A DNA stretch of 64,000 bases from an uncultured virus (IMG/VR IMGVR_UViG_3300027747_004168) (Duplodnaviria; Heunggongvirae; Uroviricota; Caudoviricetes). The position numbers were made by a program, and so were the translations under genes. A model generated the notes under the pieces. It was not told where the DNA came from. It saw only the letters and a list, made by a program, of their open reading frames with translations, and made no database searches. Each line of letters opens with the position of its first letter. Within the stretch, counting starts at the first letter, position 1. The stretch is taken from IMG/VR virus record IMGVR_UViG_3300027747_004168. One strand, 5' to 3'. Shown here piece after piece: positions 18,078 through 28,114 of this stretch.

Positions 18078-18962
18078 TCAGGCGACCTTCTTCTTCGTGG
18101 CCTTGGGGTTCAGTTTCCACCGCTTGCTGGCCATGTCGTGGAGGACGACCGGGGTCTTGCCCTCGTAACCGGCATGGGGGATGGACTTGGAGAGGGTGTG
18201 AACGGCCTGGTAGACGTTCTGGGCGATTCCCTCCCATCCCTTGTTGCCCTGGTACTCGTACCCCGCGGCGATCACCTTGTCGGTCATCTCGCGGAGCTTC
18301 ATGCCCTCCCGCGGGGCCTTTTCAAGAACCCTCACGGCCAGGGCCGGCATGGGTAGACCCTTGCGATCCTTCTTCTCCTTGGTGGACACCTTCAAGGAGA
18401 TTCGGGCGGTCTTGAAGCCCTTCCTCTTGAGGATCGCCCTCACGGATGACACGAGGGTGGGTTTCACCTCGACCTTGTGGGACTTCTTGATCTCCTTGAG
18501 AACCTCGTCGTTTTCCGCCTTCGGATTTTTCTCGAGGTACTGTCGGATGAGCGAGGAGTTGGAGACGATCCTCGCCGTTCTCGTCGTGGCCTTCTTGACG
18601 CCCCCGGCCTTCTTCGCGTCGGCTCGGGGCTTCTTGTTGGCCTCTTTGCTGCGGATGTAGGAGACGAGCGAGGCCGCGACTTCGACGCCGTGGTCGCGCT
18701 TGATGATGTCGATGACATCCTTGTTGCGCGCCTCGGGGTTGCTCTTGATGCACTGGCGCACCATCTCCGACTGGCTGAGCTTCTCTTCCTTCTTTTCGGC
18801 CTGGCCGTTGGCCTCCACGGCTGCCGGCTTGGCGGCCTTCTCGGCGACGGGGGCCTTCTCTTCGGCGGCAGAGAACGCGCCACGCAGGATCGACCCGAGC
18901 CTTTCGGCCAGCGAGGCGGCCTCCTTCATCTTCTCTTCGACTGCTTCAAACGAACTGTTCAT
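18078..18962 (-). CDS. Lys-rich nucleoid-associated/DNA-binding-like protein with two internal repeats
   Basis: Repeats SEMVRQCIKSNPEARNKDV...LVSYIR and SSLIRQYLEKNPKAENDEV...LVSSVR; winged-helix-like C-terminus. Confidence 0.65.
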   Translation of the reverse strand: MNSSFEAVEEKMKEAASLAERLGSILRGAFSAAEEKAPVAEKAAKPAAVEANGQAEKKEEKLSQSEMVRQCIKSNPEARNKDVIDIIKRDHGVEVAASLVSYIRSKEANKKPRADAKKAGGVKKATTRTARIVSNSSLIRQYLEKNPKAENDEVLKEIKKSHKVEVKPTLVSSVRAILKRKGFKTARISLKVSTKEKKDRKGLPMPALAVRVLEKAPREGMKLREMTDKVIAAGYEYQGNKGWEGIAQNVYQAVHTLSKSIPHAGYEGKTPVVLHDMASKRWKLNPKATKKKVA

Positions 18963-19076
18963 CGTAAAACCTTCTTGTTTTCGGCCCAAACTTCTTAAAG
19001 TCCTAGTCAGCTCGGGCCGAGGCCTTCTAGAACACGAGTTCGATGCTGTCAATCCGTTGTCAAGCCATCTAAATTC

Positions 19077-19104
19077 ACTATACGGCCGTTGTCTTCGTCG
19101 TCAA
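19077..19104 (-). promoter_or_regulatory. sigma70-type promoter
   Basis: TTGACG-N16-TATAGT on the minus strand, upstream of 18962. Confidence 0.5.
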
Positions 19105-19333
19105 CTTTTTCGTTCGCAAAACGCGATGTTTCAAGACGCAAGTCCTTTGCTTTCAGGCACTTGCGTAAAAATAAAATTCTTGTCTTTTCTGTCTTTTTCT
19201 GGCCGACAGTGTGATTTTCTCCATGAATGTCTTTCTTCTTTCTGGTCGAATTTTCGGCCGTCTGGGTACTACCATACCCCTAGAGGGATTCGTTTCCCGA
19301 AAATCTGGGCAAGGAACTTGAAAGGAGACTGAA

Positions 19334-19543
19334 ATGCTAGTTTTGAGCCGAAAAAAGGATGAGGCGATAATCATGAAGATTCCCGGCCACGAGGACATTC
19401 GACTCACGGTCGTGAGGATAGACAACATGAACAAGGTCAGGATTGGTGTAGAGGCCGACAAGGACGTGGTGATCCTGCGTTCGGAGCTCGCGGGACAAAC
19501 GGACGCGCTGGAATGCGACACTCAAACGCGCAACGTTCGTTGA
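19334..19543 (+). CDS. csrA: carbon storage regulator CsrA homolog
   Basis: MLVLSRK...VRIGVEA...VILRSEL; AAGGAG SD. Confidence 0.9.
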   Translation: MLVLSRKKDEAIIMKIPGHEDIRLTVVRIDNMNKVRIGVEADKDVVILRSELAGQTDALECDTQTRNVR

Positions 19544-19553
19544 AGGAGGGATT

Positions 19554-19739
19554 TTGAAGAAGGTTGTTGACGATGGGCGTGACGGCGAGGAACTCTGCTT
19601 TCTGCTGGTGCTGGCGCCGTTCGTGATAGCGTTCGGATTGTTCGGATGCTCTCTGGCCGTGTTTTCAGGCAGGTTCCTTTTCGATTTGCTCGCCAACGGC
19701 GGTCAATTTTCGTGCGTCACGGATTCCGACCGCAGGTAG
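19554..19739 (+). CDS. small membrane protein
   Basis: AAGGAGG SD; one hydrophobic segment. Confidence 0.5.
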   Translation: MKKVVDDGRDGEELCFLLVLAPFVIAFGLFGCSLAVFSGRFLFDLLANGGQFSCVTDSDRR

Positions 19740-19876
19740 TTGGCTTCGAAAAAAAACTTGCCGACGAAACTTGACAGGTCGGCGAGGCTGAATATCATAA
19801 CGCCCCAATCGACCTCCACGGACGGACGGAGTCGTTCCCGAAGTGGTGGGGGTTTCATGGCACGGAGGATTCTTCC

Positions 19877-21253
19877 ATGGCTAAGTCCGTTGATATCGCC
19901 TCGATATTTGGCGACGAAGTGGTTCACCTTCACGGCAATCTCTACAGGGCTCGTAGAAGCCGCATCCGAATGGCCCGTTCCGGCCTTTCCGTGGACAACG
20001 GCAAGTTGGTCTACGGCAACCCCCGTTGGTTCGTGAACGGTCAGGGAGAGATGGAGGCCCGTGGCACGGAATCCTCCAAGATGGAGGAGTTGAAGGAGTC
20101 GATCCAGAATTCCGGACTCGACAATCCGATCCGCCTCCGTCCGATGGAAGGGGAAGAGGCATTCCTCGAGGTCGTGAACGGCGAACGGCGTTTCCGCTGT
20201 ATCGAGCATCTTTGCGACTCCGACGAAATGTGCCGCGACTCTGCCTCCGGCAAGCAGAGGAAGGCCTCCAGCGTGTATGAGTGGATCGACTGCCGCATCG
20301 AGGCGATGGATGACAAGACCGCCCTCGGCATCGCCCTGAAGACCAACGAGACGAGCGAGGTCATCGGCGACCTCGCCAGCCTCCAGGTCGTGCAGGCGAT
20401 GCGGGCATCTGGCCACGACGACCAGGACATACTCCGGGCCACCGGCAAGTCGTTGAGCTGGCTGCGCGAGACCGACAGGATCATGAGCCTTGATCCGAAG
20501 TCTCTCGACCACTTCCACAGCGACCAGATCACCAGGAAGGCCGCCATCCAGCTCGCCCTCATCGAGAACGCCGAAGAGCGGATTTCTCTCCTGGAAAGGA
20601 TTGTGGAAGTCGCCCGCGATCGAAAGTCCTCCCGGATGAAGGCTCTCGACGAGGCCGCGACGAAGAACGAGCGTGAAGGCGACATCGCGGATGCCGCGGC
20701 CTACGCCGCCGAGGTTGGTGGAGACGAGAAGGAGTCGAAGAGACTCGCCGACAAGAGCGTCAAGGCCAAGAAAAAGGCGGAGAAGGCCAAGCAGGAGCTC
20801 GACCGCGTTTCCTCCAAGCCCGCGAAAGCGGACGCTCGGGATATCAAAAAGGCGAGTGGTCCCAAACCCCTCGCTCATGCCAAGATCAAGTCTGAATACC
20901 TGGAGGTCATCGAAGGAATCATCGAAAACGAGGGTTTCGACGAAGAGGGCGACTCCATGGGACTTGACCTCGGACTCCTCGCCGCGGTCGCCGGCATTCT
21001 CGCGGCGATCATGGAAGGCGAAGAGGACTCCATGTCCGTGATCTCCTGCCACTGCGCCATGGAGGTCGACGAAGAAGTTGTTGACGCCCCCGACGAGGGC
21101 GAAGAGGAAGATTCCGACGATGAGGACGAAGAAGAGACCGCAGAGGACGACTCGCACATAGAGTCCGACCTTGATGAAGACGCGGAAGAGACGCCCGCCG
21201 AACTTGAAAGCGAGTTCCGCGAGATTTCGTGCAACGAAGAAGATTTCGAATGA
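19877..21253 (+). CDS. ParB N-terminal domain protein with coiled coil and acidic tail
   Basis: NPR, ELKESI...GLDNPI, VVNGERRFR (ParB box II); D/E-rich C-terminus. Confidence 0.85.
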   Translation: MAKSVDIASIFGDEVVHLHGNLYRARRSRIRMARSGLSVDNGKLVYGNPRWFVNGQGEMEARGTESSKMEELKESIQNSGLDNPIRLRPMEGEEAFLEVVNGERRFRCIEHLCDSDEMCRDSASGKQRKASSVYEWIDCRIEAMDDKTALGIALKTNETSEVIGDLASLQVVQAMRASGHDDQDILRATGKSLSWLRETDRIMSLDPKSLDHFHSDQITRKAAIQLALIENAEERISLLERIVEVARDRKSSRMKALDEAATKNEREGDIADAAAYAAEVGGDEKESKRLADKSVKAKKKAEKAKQELDRVSSKPAKADARDIKKASGPKPLAHAKIKSEYLEVIEGIIENEGFDEEGDSMGLDLGLLAAVAGILAAIMEGEEDSMSVISCHCAMEVDEEVVDAPDEGEEEDSDDEDEEETAEDDSHIESDLDEDAEETPAELESEFREISCNEEDFE

Positions 21254-21259
21254 TCTCGG

Positions 21260-21293
21260 CCCGGGGGCGACGGAAATTTCCGTCGCCCCCGGG
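21260..21293. terminator. perfect 34-bp palindrome, hairpin or terminator
   Basis: CCCGGGGGCGACGGAAA|TTTCCGTCGCCCCCGGG, immediately after the ParB-like stop. Confidence 0.6.
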
Positions 21294-21386
21294 GCTTTGC
21301 ACTGGGTCGTTTCTGGCTAGAATTACGATGCGGATCTGGCGTCCGCTTCATGAATCGTATCCACGGCAGACACGAGGCGTTTCGGC

Positions 21387-22637
21387 ATGGCAAAATCGCA
21401 AAAAACCAAGAATCCCCGAAGGTGCGACTTCTGCGGGGAAACTTCGGAGAAGACGGGCCCGCTCATCGAGGGCGGAGTGCAGGAAAAGATTTGCATCTGC
21501 GGGGATTGCATCCGAGCCGCCGACTCCATCCTGCAGGACAAGCACTCTAGTCGAGGCGGTTTTGTCAACGCCAAGATCAGGAGTCCCCGCGAGATCGTCA
21601 GCCTATTGGACGAGTACGTCTGCGGCCAGGACTTCGCCAAGAGGCAGTTGGCCGTCAGCGTGTTCGACCATTACATGCGCGTCCTTGACCCGGAAATCAG
21701 CCGTTCGATTCAGGACAAGGGCTTGGCGGAAACGGAGATCGACAAGAACAACGTTCTCCTGGTCGGCCCCACCGGCTGCGGCAAGACGCTCCTCGCGAGC
21801 ACGCTGGCGCGTATCCTCGATGTCCCGTTCGCGATCGGGGACGCCACAACGGTCACGGAGGCCGGATATGTGGGCGAAGATGTCGAGAACCTGCTCCTCA
21901 GGCTGCTTCAGGCGGCCGACATGGATGTCGAGAAGGCCCAGCGCGGCATTCTGTACATCGACGAGATCGACAAGATCGGCAGGTCCAACAAGAACGTCTC
22001 GATAACCCGCGACGTGTCGGGCGAGGGTGTGCAGCAGGCGTTGCTCAAAATGCTAGAGGGGACGGTCTGCAACGTGCCCCCCCAGGGCGGCCGCAAGCAT
22101 CCGGAGCAGGCCTTCATCCAGGTGGACACCCGCAACATCCTTTTCATCTGCGGCGGGACCTTCGTCGGACTCGAAGACATCGTGAGGCGTCGCCTCGGCA
22201 AGTCGAGGATCGGATTCGGGTCTGAGATGGGCTGTGCGGAACTCTCGAGGAACGAACTCATCAGCAGGTTTCAGTCAGAAGACCTGATTGAGTTCGGCAT
22301 GATACCCGAGTTCATCGGAAGGCTTCCTGTCCACGCCTGCATAGGAGATCTCTCGGAGGACGAGCTCTGTCACGTGCTCACGGAGCCGAAGAACGCGCTC
22401 CTGAAGCAGTACAGAAAGCAGTATCTTTACTCCGGCGTCGACCTGCAGTTCACGGAGAAGGCGGTCAGGGAGATCGCCAGACTGGCCTCCAAGGAGAAGA
22501 CGGGCGCTCGGTCTTTGAGGGGCATACTTTCGAAGATCATGAATCCGATCACATTCGATCTCCCGGAGTACAAGGGCAAGTTCATCGTCGTCGATGAACT
22601 TGTGGTCAAGGGAGAATCCATGCCCAAAGCGGCGTAA
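21387..22637 (+). CDS. clpX: ATP-dependent Clp protease ATP-binding subunit ClpX
   Basis: C4 zinc domain, [45 protein letters not shown] loop, TGARSL. Confidence 0.97.
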   Translation: MAKSQKTKNPRRCDFCGETSEKTGPLIEGGVQEKICICGDCIRAADSILQDKHSSRGGFVNAKIRSPREIVSLLDEYVCGQDFAKRQLAVSVFDHYMRVLDPEISRSIQDKGLAETEIDKNNVLLVGPTGCGKTLLASTLARILDVPFAIGDATTVTEAGYVGEDVENLLLRLLQAADMDVEKAQRGILYIDEIDKIGRSNKNVSITRDVSGEGVQQALLKMLEGTVCNVPPQGGRKHPEQAFIQVDTRNILFICGGTFVGLEDIVRRRLGKSRIGFGSEMGCAELSRNELISRFQSEDLIEFGMIPEFIGRLPVHACIGDLSEDELCHVLTEPKNALLKQYRKQYLYSGVDLQFTEKAVREIARLASKEKTGARSLRGILSKIMNPITFDLPEYKGKFIVVDELVVKGESMPKAA

Positions 22638-22646
22638 GGAGCAGTC

Positions 22647-22901
22647 ATGGAAGAGATACCCGGCGAGGCCAAAAAGGCCATAGCCAAGGCGGTGGACGAG
22701 GATCATTCCGTATTTTGTCTGGAGCAACTCGGAGTCCCGACCAGGTTGCTCAACCTGCTCCACCACAACGGAATTCGAAGCCTCGGCGATCTGGTCGAGA
22801 AGTCGCCTCGCGAAGTTCTGGCGGTGCCAAATCTGGGCAGGGGGCAGTTCCTCACGATCATGAAGGCCTTGGCGAGATACCACACGATAGAAGACATCTA
22901 A
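22647..22901 (+). CDS. stand-alone RNA polymerase alpha C-terminal-domain-like protein
   Basis: LEQLGVPTRLLNLL..NGI.SLGDLV......LAVPNLG matches the alpha-CTD HhH pattern. Confidence 0.8.
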   Translation: MEEIPGEAKKAIAKAVDEDHSVFCLEQLGVPTRLLNLLHHNGIRSLGDLVEKSPREVLAVPNLGRGQFLTIMKALARYHTIEDI

Positions 22902-22954
22902 ATTGGGGGCTGGAAAACCATAGTTTAAACGGAAGGCGGAGCCACTTTAACTCG

Positions 22955-23992
22955 ATGTTCGACGTAGAGTTTTTAATCCCCGTATGCGCCAAGTTCGCCC
23001 ACAGGCTGGATGATTTCAAGCGTTACGGCCTGGTCAACAGGGGAAACAGATCGGTCCTCGTCAGTCTGGTGCTCAGCAACGAGTCCATAAGCGGTCTCGA
23101 CCGCGGATGGCCCGAAGGATTCTCCGTCGAGGTTGTGGAGAACAAGTCCTCGAACTTCGTGGGGAACCTCTATAGGTACTATACGGGTCTGGATCCGGCT
23201 TCGCCCCGGGCCAGATGGTTGATTCGTCTGGACGACGACTCATGCACGGATGTTGACGGTTTCTTGTCGAACCTTGACAGGTTCTACGACGATTCATGTC
23301 CGCGCTATTTGGGCGACCTTAACGTGTTCCACGGGGCGATTGCCGGAGGAGAAAGACTTCCCTACGACCGATACAGTTCTCTTCTCGGAGATTACGAGTC
23401 TTTCGCCCCCCACATGCAGAACGAGGTCGAATGCGGGGTCATGTCTGCCTCGGCGGTCGCGACGATGTTGAGGAACGAATCCTCGATGGGGCTCCTGAGG
23501 AAGCGTGCCGAACTCGAGGGCGGTTTCGGCGACTGCGTAGTAGCCATTGCGGCCTCCATGGCCGGGGTCTGGCCCGTCAACTGCCCCTTCATCACCAGGC
23601 ACCCCTTGATACACGAATTCAGCCTGCTGGGGGGCATCAGGAATCACATTCACAAGGTCTATCGCCTGTCTCCTGGGGAGAGTCCTTGGGGCAAATCCAC
23701 ACCCGAGGGGTTCACTCTCCTTACCAAGGTGTTGGACGCATCGCCCAATGAAAAGGAATTGTCCTTGGCGGGCAAGCGATTTCTCTTGGAAGGTGCTTCC
23801 GTCGTCAGGCTTTTTGAGTTCATGGATGGATATAGGGCAAAGTCGAAGACGGAAGACAAGAAATTGAACTGGTACGAGAATGAAGGCGAGATTTTAATTC
23901 TTTGTGAAGGCGTCATTGTCGACCGCTTGAGAATTGACGAATCGGGCAGGCTCACTGCAGAGGGCATGTCCGTGATGGAAATCCGACCTTGA
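22955..23992 (+). CDS. GT-A fold glycosyltransferase-like (Fringe/GT31-like), paralog 2
   Basis: WLIRLDDDSCTDVD, NEVECG, GGFGDCVVAIAA and CPFIT are shared with 10837..11865. Confidence 0.6.
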   Translation: MFDVEFLIPVCAKFAHRLDDFKRYGLVNRGNRSVLVSLVLSNESISGLDRGWPEGFSVEVVENKSSNFVGNLYRYYTGLDPASPRARWLIRLDDDSCTDVDGFLSNLDRFYDDSCPRYLGDLNVFHGAIAGGERLPYDRYSSLLGDYESFAPHMQNEVECGVMSASAVATMLRNESSMGLLRKRAELEGGFGDCVVAIAASMAGVWPVNCPFITRHPLIHEFSLLGGIRNHIHKVYRLSPGESPWGKSTPEGFTLLTKVLDASPNEKELSLAGKRFLLEGASVVRLFEFMDGYRAKSKTEDKKLNWYENEGEILILCEGVIVDRLRIDESGRLTAEGMSVMEIRP

Positions 23993-24039
23993 TGGAATCC
24001 GTGCTGTGTGCTAGGATTGTCTCAACCAAGGGGAAATCC

Positions 24040-24255
24040 ATGATTTACTATGTTAAGACCGGAGAAGTCGACACCTTTGTAAGGGCCCCAAACCACCGGC
24101 AGGCGGCGATCAAAGCCCTGAAGGGGTCGGACAAAAACCTCGGAATGTGCGTGATGGTCAACGAGCGCGAGATATCCGAATGCGACCACGAAGGCAGCGT
24201 GTTCTTTCTCACGCAGAGCATTCTTGATGATCTTTCGATGAGAGTTGTGAGCTGA
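24040..24255 (+). CDS. hypothetical protein
   Basis: AAGGGG SD before MIYYVK. Confidence 0.55.
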   Translation: MIYYVKTGEVDTFVRAPNHRQAAIKALKGSDKNLGMCVMVNEREISECDHEGSVFFLTQSILDDLSMRVVS

Positions 24256-24949
24256 AAAGTTCGCTCACGTGCCTGTCGACCTTCATGATGTTTTGAAGGT
24301 AGAGGCCGAAATCAGTTATCTGCCCCCTGTACGCCACGCCCGAAAAGGGATACCAGATATAATGATAAAGGGCCGCCTTTAGTTTTAAGTTCTCTCTGGC
24401 GAATTCGTCGCTGGCGGTCTCGACCGTTATTGCGGAACTGACCGCGCTCTCCGAAATGTCCGGCTCCACGAGGCATTGAAGCAGCTTTTCCGGCCGCCAG
24501 AACCTCGCCTGCAGGTTGAACAGCCACTGGCTTTGCGGTTCGAACTCCAGGAGGTTTGATTCCAGCACGGCCCTTTCGGACTTCTTCAAGCTGTAGTAGG
24601 GCGTGTAGCTGCTGACCTGCAGCGCGTCCCATTCTCCGCATTTGAACTCGTCGTGAATCGATTCGAATAGTACTCGGCTCATGGGCAGTATGGGCCAGAA
24701 GTCCTCCAGCATGAGGAAAACATCTTCTTCGTCCAAGGATTCGATCGCCCTCTTCAGGTTGCGGACGAAACTTCCGTGCCCGACCTTTATCTGCCGGCAC
24801 CAGCCGGGGAGGTCCGCATCCAAGGTCTCGTTGCAGAGATACACTTTGGCGCCTATGGCCGGGTCCCAGTTTCGTCCCATGAAGTGAAAAAGCCCGTCCC
24901 AGTACTCGCGATATCGGTCGCAAGTCTGGATGACCACTGCCGTGCTCAT
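24209..24949 (-). CDS. glycosyltransferase-like protein
   Basis: IQTCDRY...W..LF..., LMLEDFW, NLQARFW; ATGA overlap with the upstream gene. Confidence 0.6.
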   Translation of the reverse strand: MSTAVVIQTCDRYREYWDGLFHFMGRNWDPAIGAKVYLCNETLDADLPGWCRQIKVGHGSFVRNLKRAIESLDEEDVFLMLEDFWPILPMSRVLFESIHDEFKCGEWDALQVSSYTPYYSLKKSERAVLESNLLEFEPQSQWLFNLQARFWRPEKLLQCLVEPDISESAVSSAITVETASDEFARENLKLKAALYHYIWYPFSGVAYRGQITDFGLYLQNIMKVDRHVSELFSSQLSSKDHQECSA

Positions 24950-25641
24950 ATTCTTTTGACTTCCGGATCTGGAGGCTCGGAATCCCCGTCCAAGTTCGTG
25001 AACGACTCCATGGCGCACAGCAGGCCGTCGACCGTCATCATCGCCATGTCCCTGTCTGGTATTAGGTCGCGGACGATCTCCAACTGCATGGACTCCACGC
25101 ATTCGTCTGGATACCATCTCACGAACATCTGGTTTAGGCTGTTCTTCGATTTTGCCGCGTGGCGCCCGCCCGGGGCGCCCTCGTACACCTCGAATCCTTC
25201 GTTCTGCAAGCACTTGACGAACGAGTTCTTGGTCTTCATCATGCAGCTGTGGTAAGGGGGGTTGCCCGCGCCGTATCCGACAACCATATCGACGATCTCT
25301 TCCCCCACCTTATTTTTGATTTCATCACCACAGGTCTTCATCACGACGACCAGCACCTCGCCCCCGTACCTTCTCTTTATGCGGGCGACGCACCTCATTA
25401 TTGGGTTGAGGAACTCCTCTCGAACCACGTCCTCGTGGAGGTGCCTCACGTCGTTGCAGTTGGCCAAGTCCGATATCGGGTCGACATTGGGAGCCACGCG
25501 CCAACCCCTGTTTATGACCGCGAAGGCTCCGAAATCGCGAGCCAGGTTCTCGGCCGCGAACGCCAAGTTGTCGTCGTCGCCGCCGTGCGGAGCCACTATG
25601 AGAATCGGTTTGTTGCCCTCTATAATGCTGGTTCTCTCCAT
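24946..25641 (-). CDS. zinc amidohydrolase-like protein (N-formylglutamate amidohydrolase-like)
   Basis: ILIVAPHGG, D.ANCN, SMQLEI. Confidence 0.5.
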   Translation of the reverse strand: MERTSIIEGNKPILIVAPHGGDDDNLAFAAENLARDFGAFAVINRGWRVAPNVDPISDLANCNDVRHLHEDVVREEFLNPIMRCVARIKRRYGGEVLVVVMKTCGDEIKNKVGEEIVDMVVGYGAGNPPYHSCMMKTKNSFVKCLQNEGFEVYEGAPGGRHAAKSKNSLNQMFVRWYPDECVESMQLEIVRDLIPDRDMAMMTVDGLLCAMESFTNLDGDSEPPDPEVKRI

Positions 25642-25852
25642 GACTTATGTTAGTCGGCCCCGACGCAAAAAGGCCCCACACAAATTTTGGGCTTCCTTCT
25701 GGGCGGCCCCCGAAAACAAGGCTCTAAAATTTTGGAGCCCGGGTTTTTTTCGAGGAGCGGCAAGCCCCGTCATATCGCGACAAAATGCCGTATTCTTCCG
25801 CTCCTCGAAAGACTATTGACGTCCAGGATATAATCGACGAGGAGGACTTCAG

Positions 25853-26752
25853 ATGCCAACTTCTTTCTGCGACATGGTTCCGTACAAGCCGATAGAGAAA
25901 TCCCGCCTGCTCGAGTTGGAGGCGTCTGTGGCCGCGGCCAACAAGACAATGTCCGAATACCGTGCGGTCTCGTCCGCAGGATCCGTCAGGGACTTCTTCT
26001 GCGAGTTCGTGCGTCGCTACAACGAGGGTTCGGAGGTATCCCTGTTCGGGGTCGTCGTGCCTGCCGACAGGGCCGCGATGATCATCGTGACAAAGGAAGT
26101 GGAGTCCGAGATCATCGCGGGCTTTTCGCCGATGATCCAGAAGCTAGTTCGTCGGTTCGCCCTTAACATGGGCGTCGATCCCGAGGACTTTTTCGGCGAA
26201 GCCTTCAAGTCCTTTCTAGACGCCCTCGTGAACTACGACGGGTCGGCCCGGTTCTCCACCTTCCTGCACAGGTGTCTCGCAAGGCACCTGCAAAGGGTCT
26301 CCATGGCTGGAGGAGGCACGAAGGTCCCGTACGAGATTCAGAGGCTCACCATGCGGGTCGTAGACAGGATGTCTAGAGATCGTGTATCCTTCGACGAGGC
26401 GGTAGATTCCGAGGGCGTAACGCCCAAAAGGCTCAAGAAGGTGGTCGCGGCCATGTCCAAGGTCTGTACCGTCTCGGCTCTCGACATTAAGGATTCGGAG
26501 ATCAAGGGCCGCCCCGAGCGGCCCTCATACACGGGGGTGCGCGGGGCGATAGAGTCGGCCAACCTCGGCAGGCTGGAGAAGGCCGTAGTAGAGGCGTTCA
26601 TGGCGTCCCCTACGGGCGAAATGGGCCTCAGTCGGGGATGTGCAGGCATGATAAACCCCGACACGGGCAGGCCTTACAGCAGAGCCGCGATATCCAGCGC
26701 CTGGAAGCAGGCTCGAAAAAAGCTGGGGCCCCTTCTCAAGGCCGTGGCGTAG
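25853..26752 (+). CDS. sigma70-family-like RNA polymerase sigma factor, divergent
   Basis: Region 2-like MIQKLVRRF...EDFFGEA...LDALVNYD...RFSTF, KVP; C-terminal SRAAIS...ARKKL helix. Confidence 0.75.
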   Translation: MPTSFCDMVPYKPIEKSRLLELEASVAAANKTMSEYRAVSSAGSVRDFFCEFVRRYNEGSEVSLFGVVVPADRAAMIIVTKEVESEIIAGFSPMIQKLVRRFALNMGVDPEDFFGEAFKSFLDALVNYDGSARFSTFLHRCLARHLQRVSMAGGGTKVPYEIQRLTMRVVDRMSRDRVSFDEAVDSEGVTPKRLKKVVAAMSKVCTVSALDIKDSEIKGRPERPSYTGVRGAIESANLGRLEKAVVEAFMASPTGEMGLSRGCAGMINPDTGRPYSRAAISSAWKQARKKLGPLLKAVA

Positions 26753-26787
26753 GGCCTCTAAGGATTCTGGTTCAGAAGGAACGAAGG

Positions 26788-27918
26788 ATGTCACCCAAGG
26801 GAAAAGCCATGAACATCAAGCAACGCCAGATGATCTTCCCCGTGCAGTCCGACGCCGAGCGTCGCTGGGCGGTCGACCCGCGAAACTCCGAATTCGAACT
26901 CAACAGCTTCATAGGCAACGAGGAGGCCCGCCGCCGGCTCGGCCGCGCCGTGTTTTCTGCCCTCGGTAAGGAAAACAGGTGCTGCTCCGAGTACTCCTTC
27001 GCAATCTGCGGCCCCGCCTCGACCGGAAAGACCTATCTTGCCAAGCTCTTCGCGGCCTCGCTCGGCATTCCCTTCGTCACCATCGAGCCCCAGAGCGTCC
27101 GCCGCGTCCAAGACATCCTCCTCGAGATCGAGAAGGCCTGCTTCGAACACCACGAGGACATCGCCCTGGTGCGGAACGACGATGGCACATACATCCTCCC
27201 GCCAATGGTGGTGTTCATCGACGAGGTCCACAACCTCCGAAAGGGCGTCGTGCAAGGACTTCTCAAGGCCACGGAGCCGAACGACCGCATCATGGTCACG
27301 GAGGAGGGGGTCGAAGTTGCGACCAACAACGTCTGCTGGATGATTGCGACGACCGACAGGGGCGACCTGTTCGACGCTTTCGACACCCGCTTCCAGAAGG
27401 TCAACCTCCGCCTCTATACCAAGCAGGAGATGGCCCGCATCATCAAGATGAACAACCCGGACTGGGACGAAGAGGTCTGCCTACTCGTCGCCAAGTACAA
27501 TTCCCATGTGCCGCGCGAGGCCCTCGCCTTCGCCAGAGACATGAGGGTGGAACACGAGATGAACGGCCAGGTCTCTTGGGAGCAGGCCGCCGCCATCGTC
27601 GCCAAGGACCACGGCATCGACCGCTGGGGCATGACGGAGTCCCGAGTGGAGGTTCTGAAGGCCCTGGGCCAACGGGCGGTCAGCGCCCCCCAACTTCAGT
27701 ATGTCGTGCATGTGAAGGAGGACGAACTCAAGAAGTTTGTCATGCCTCCCCTGCTTGCCCGAACCCCCGACGCGGAACCCCTCGTCACCGTCTCGACCCG
27801 AGGCTACACCATCACCCTCGAAGGATTGGCCGAGCTTGGGAAGAGAGGTCTGCCCAACAGGGGCCTCGACGCCATGCCCAAGCAGGTTCGGCAGATTTAC
27901 GAGGCCCCGGCGGCATAA
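26788..27918 (+). CDS. ruvB: RuvB-like AAA+ ATPase (Holliday junction branch migration)
   Basis: FIGNE, GPASTGKT, FIDEVH, ATT, DTRF, PREA; C-terminal wHTH with TRGY. Confidence 0.7.
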   Translation: MSPKGKAMNIKQRQMIFPVQSDAERRWAVDPRNSEFELNSFIGNEEARRRLGRAVFSALGKENRCCSEYSFAICGPASTGKTYLAKLFAASLGIPFVTIEPQSVRRVQDILLEIEKACFEHHEDIALVRNDDGTYILPPMVVFIDEVHNLRKGVVQGLLKATEPNDRIMVTEEGVEVATNNVCWMIATTDRGDLFDAFDTRFQKVNLRLYTKQEMARIIKMNNPDWDEEVCLLVAKYNSHVPREALAFARDMRVEHEMNGQVSWEQAAAIVAKDHGIDRWGMTESRVEVLKALGQRAVSAPQLQYVVHVKEDELKKFVMPPLLARTPDAEPLVTVSTRGYTITLEGLAELGKRGLPNRGLDAMPKQVRQIYEAPAA

Positions 27919-27930
27919 GGAGACCGAAAA

Positions 27931-28071
27931 ATGGAAAACTGGATGGTCATGGGAGGCGCAATCCTCCTGGTTTGTCTGTTGTGTCCGGCAGTGCTGGGAT
28001 TCGCCATAGGGGCGGGAGGAGTCATGCTTCTGACCGTCTTGATCTATGCCGTCCTGGGCCGCCTTTTTTAG
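27931..28071 (+). CDS. small membrane protein (46 aa, not in the ORF track)
   Basis: TAAGGAG SD; MENWMVMGGAILLVCLLCPAVLGFAIGAGGVMLLTVLIYAVLGRLF. Confidence 0.6.
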   Translation: MENWMVMGGAILLVCLLCPAVLGFAIGAGGVMLLTVLIYAVLGRLF

Positions 28072-28114
28072 TTCTGTGGTTTTTCGCATCAACCAACTTC
28101 AACAAGGATTCGTC

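Noticed and set aside
19703..21157. 484 aa minus-strand ORF
   Set aside because: Antisense shadow of the ParB-domain gene.
25816..25834. TTGACG...TATAAT as a canonical promoter for the sigma gene
   Set aside because: The hexamers are only 7 nt apart; only the -10 box is plausible.
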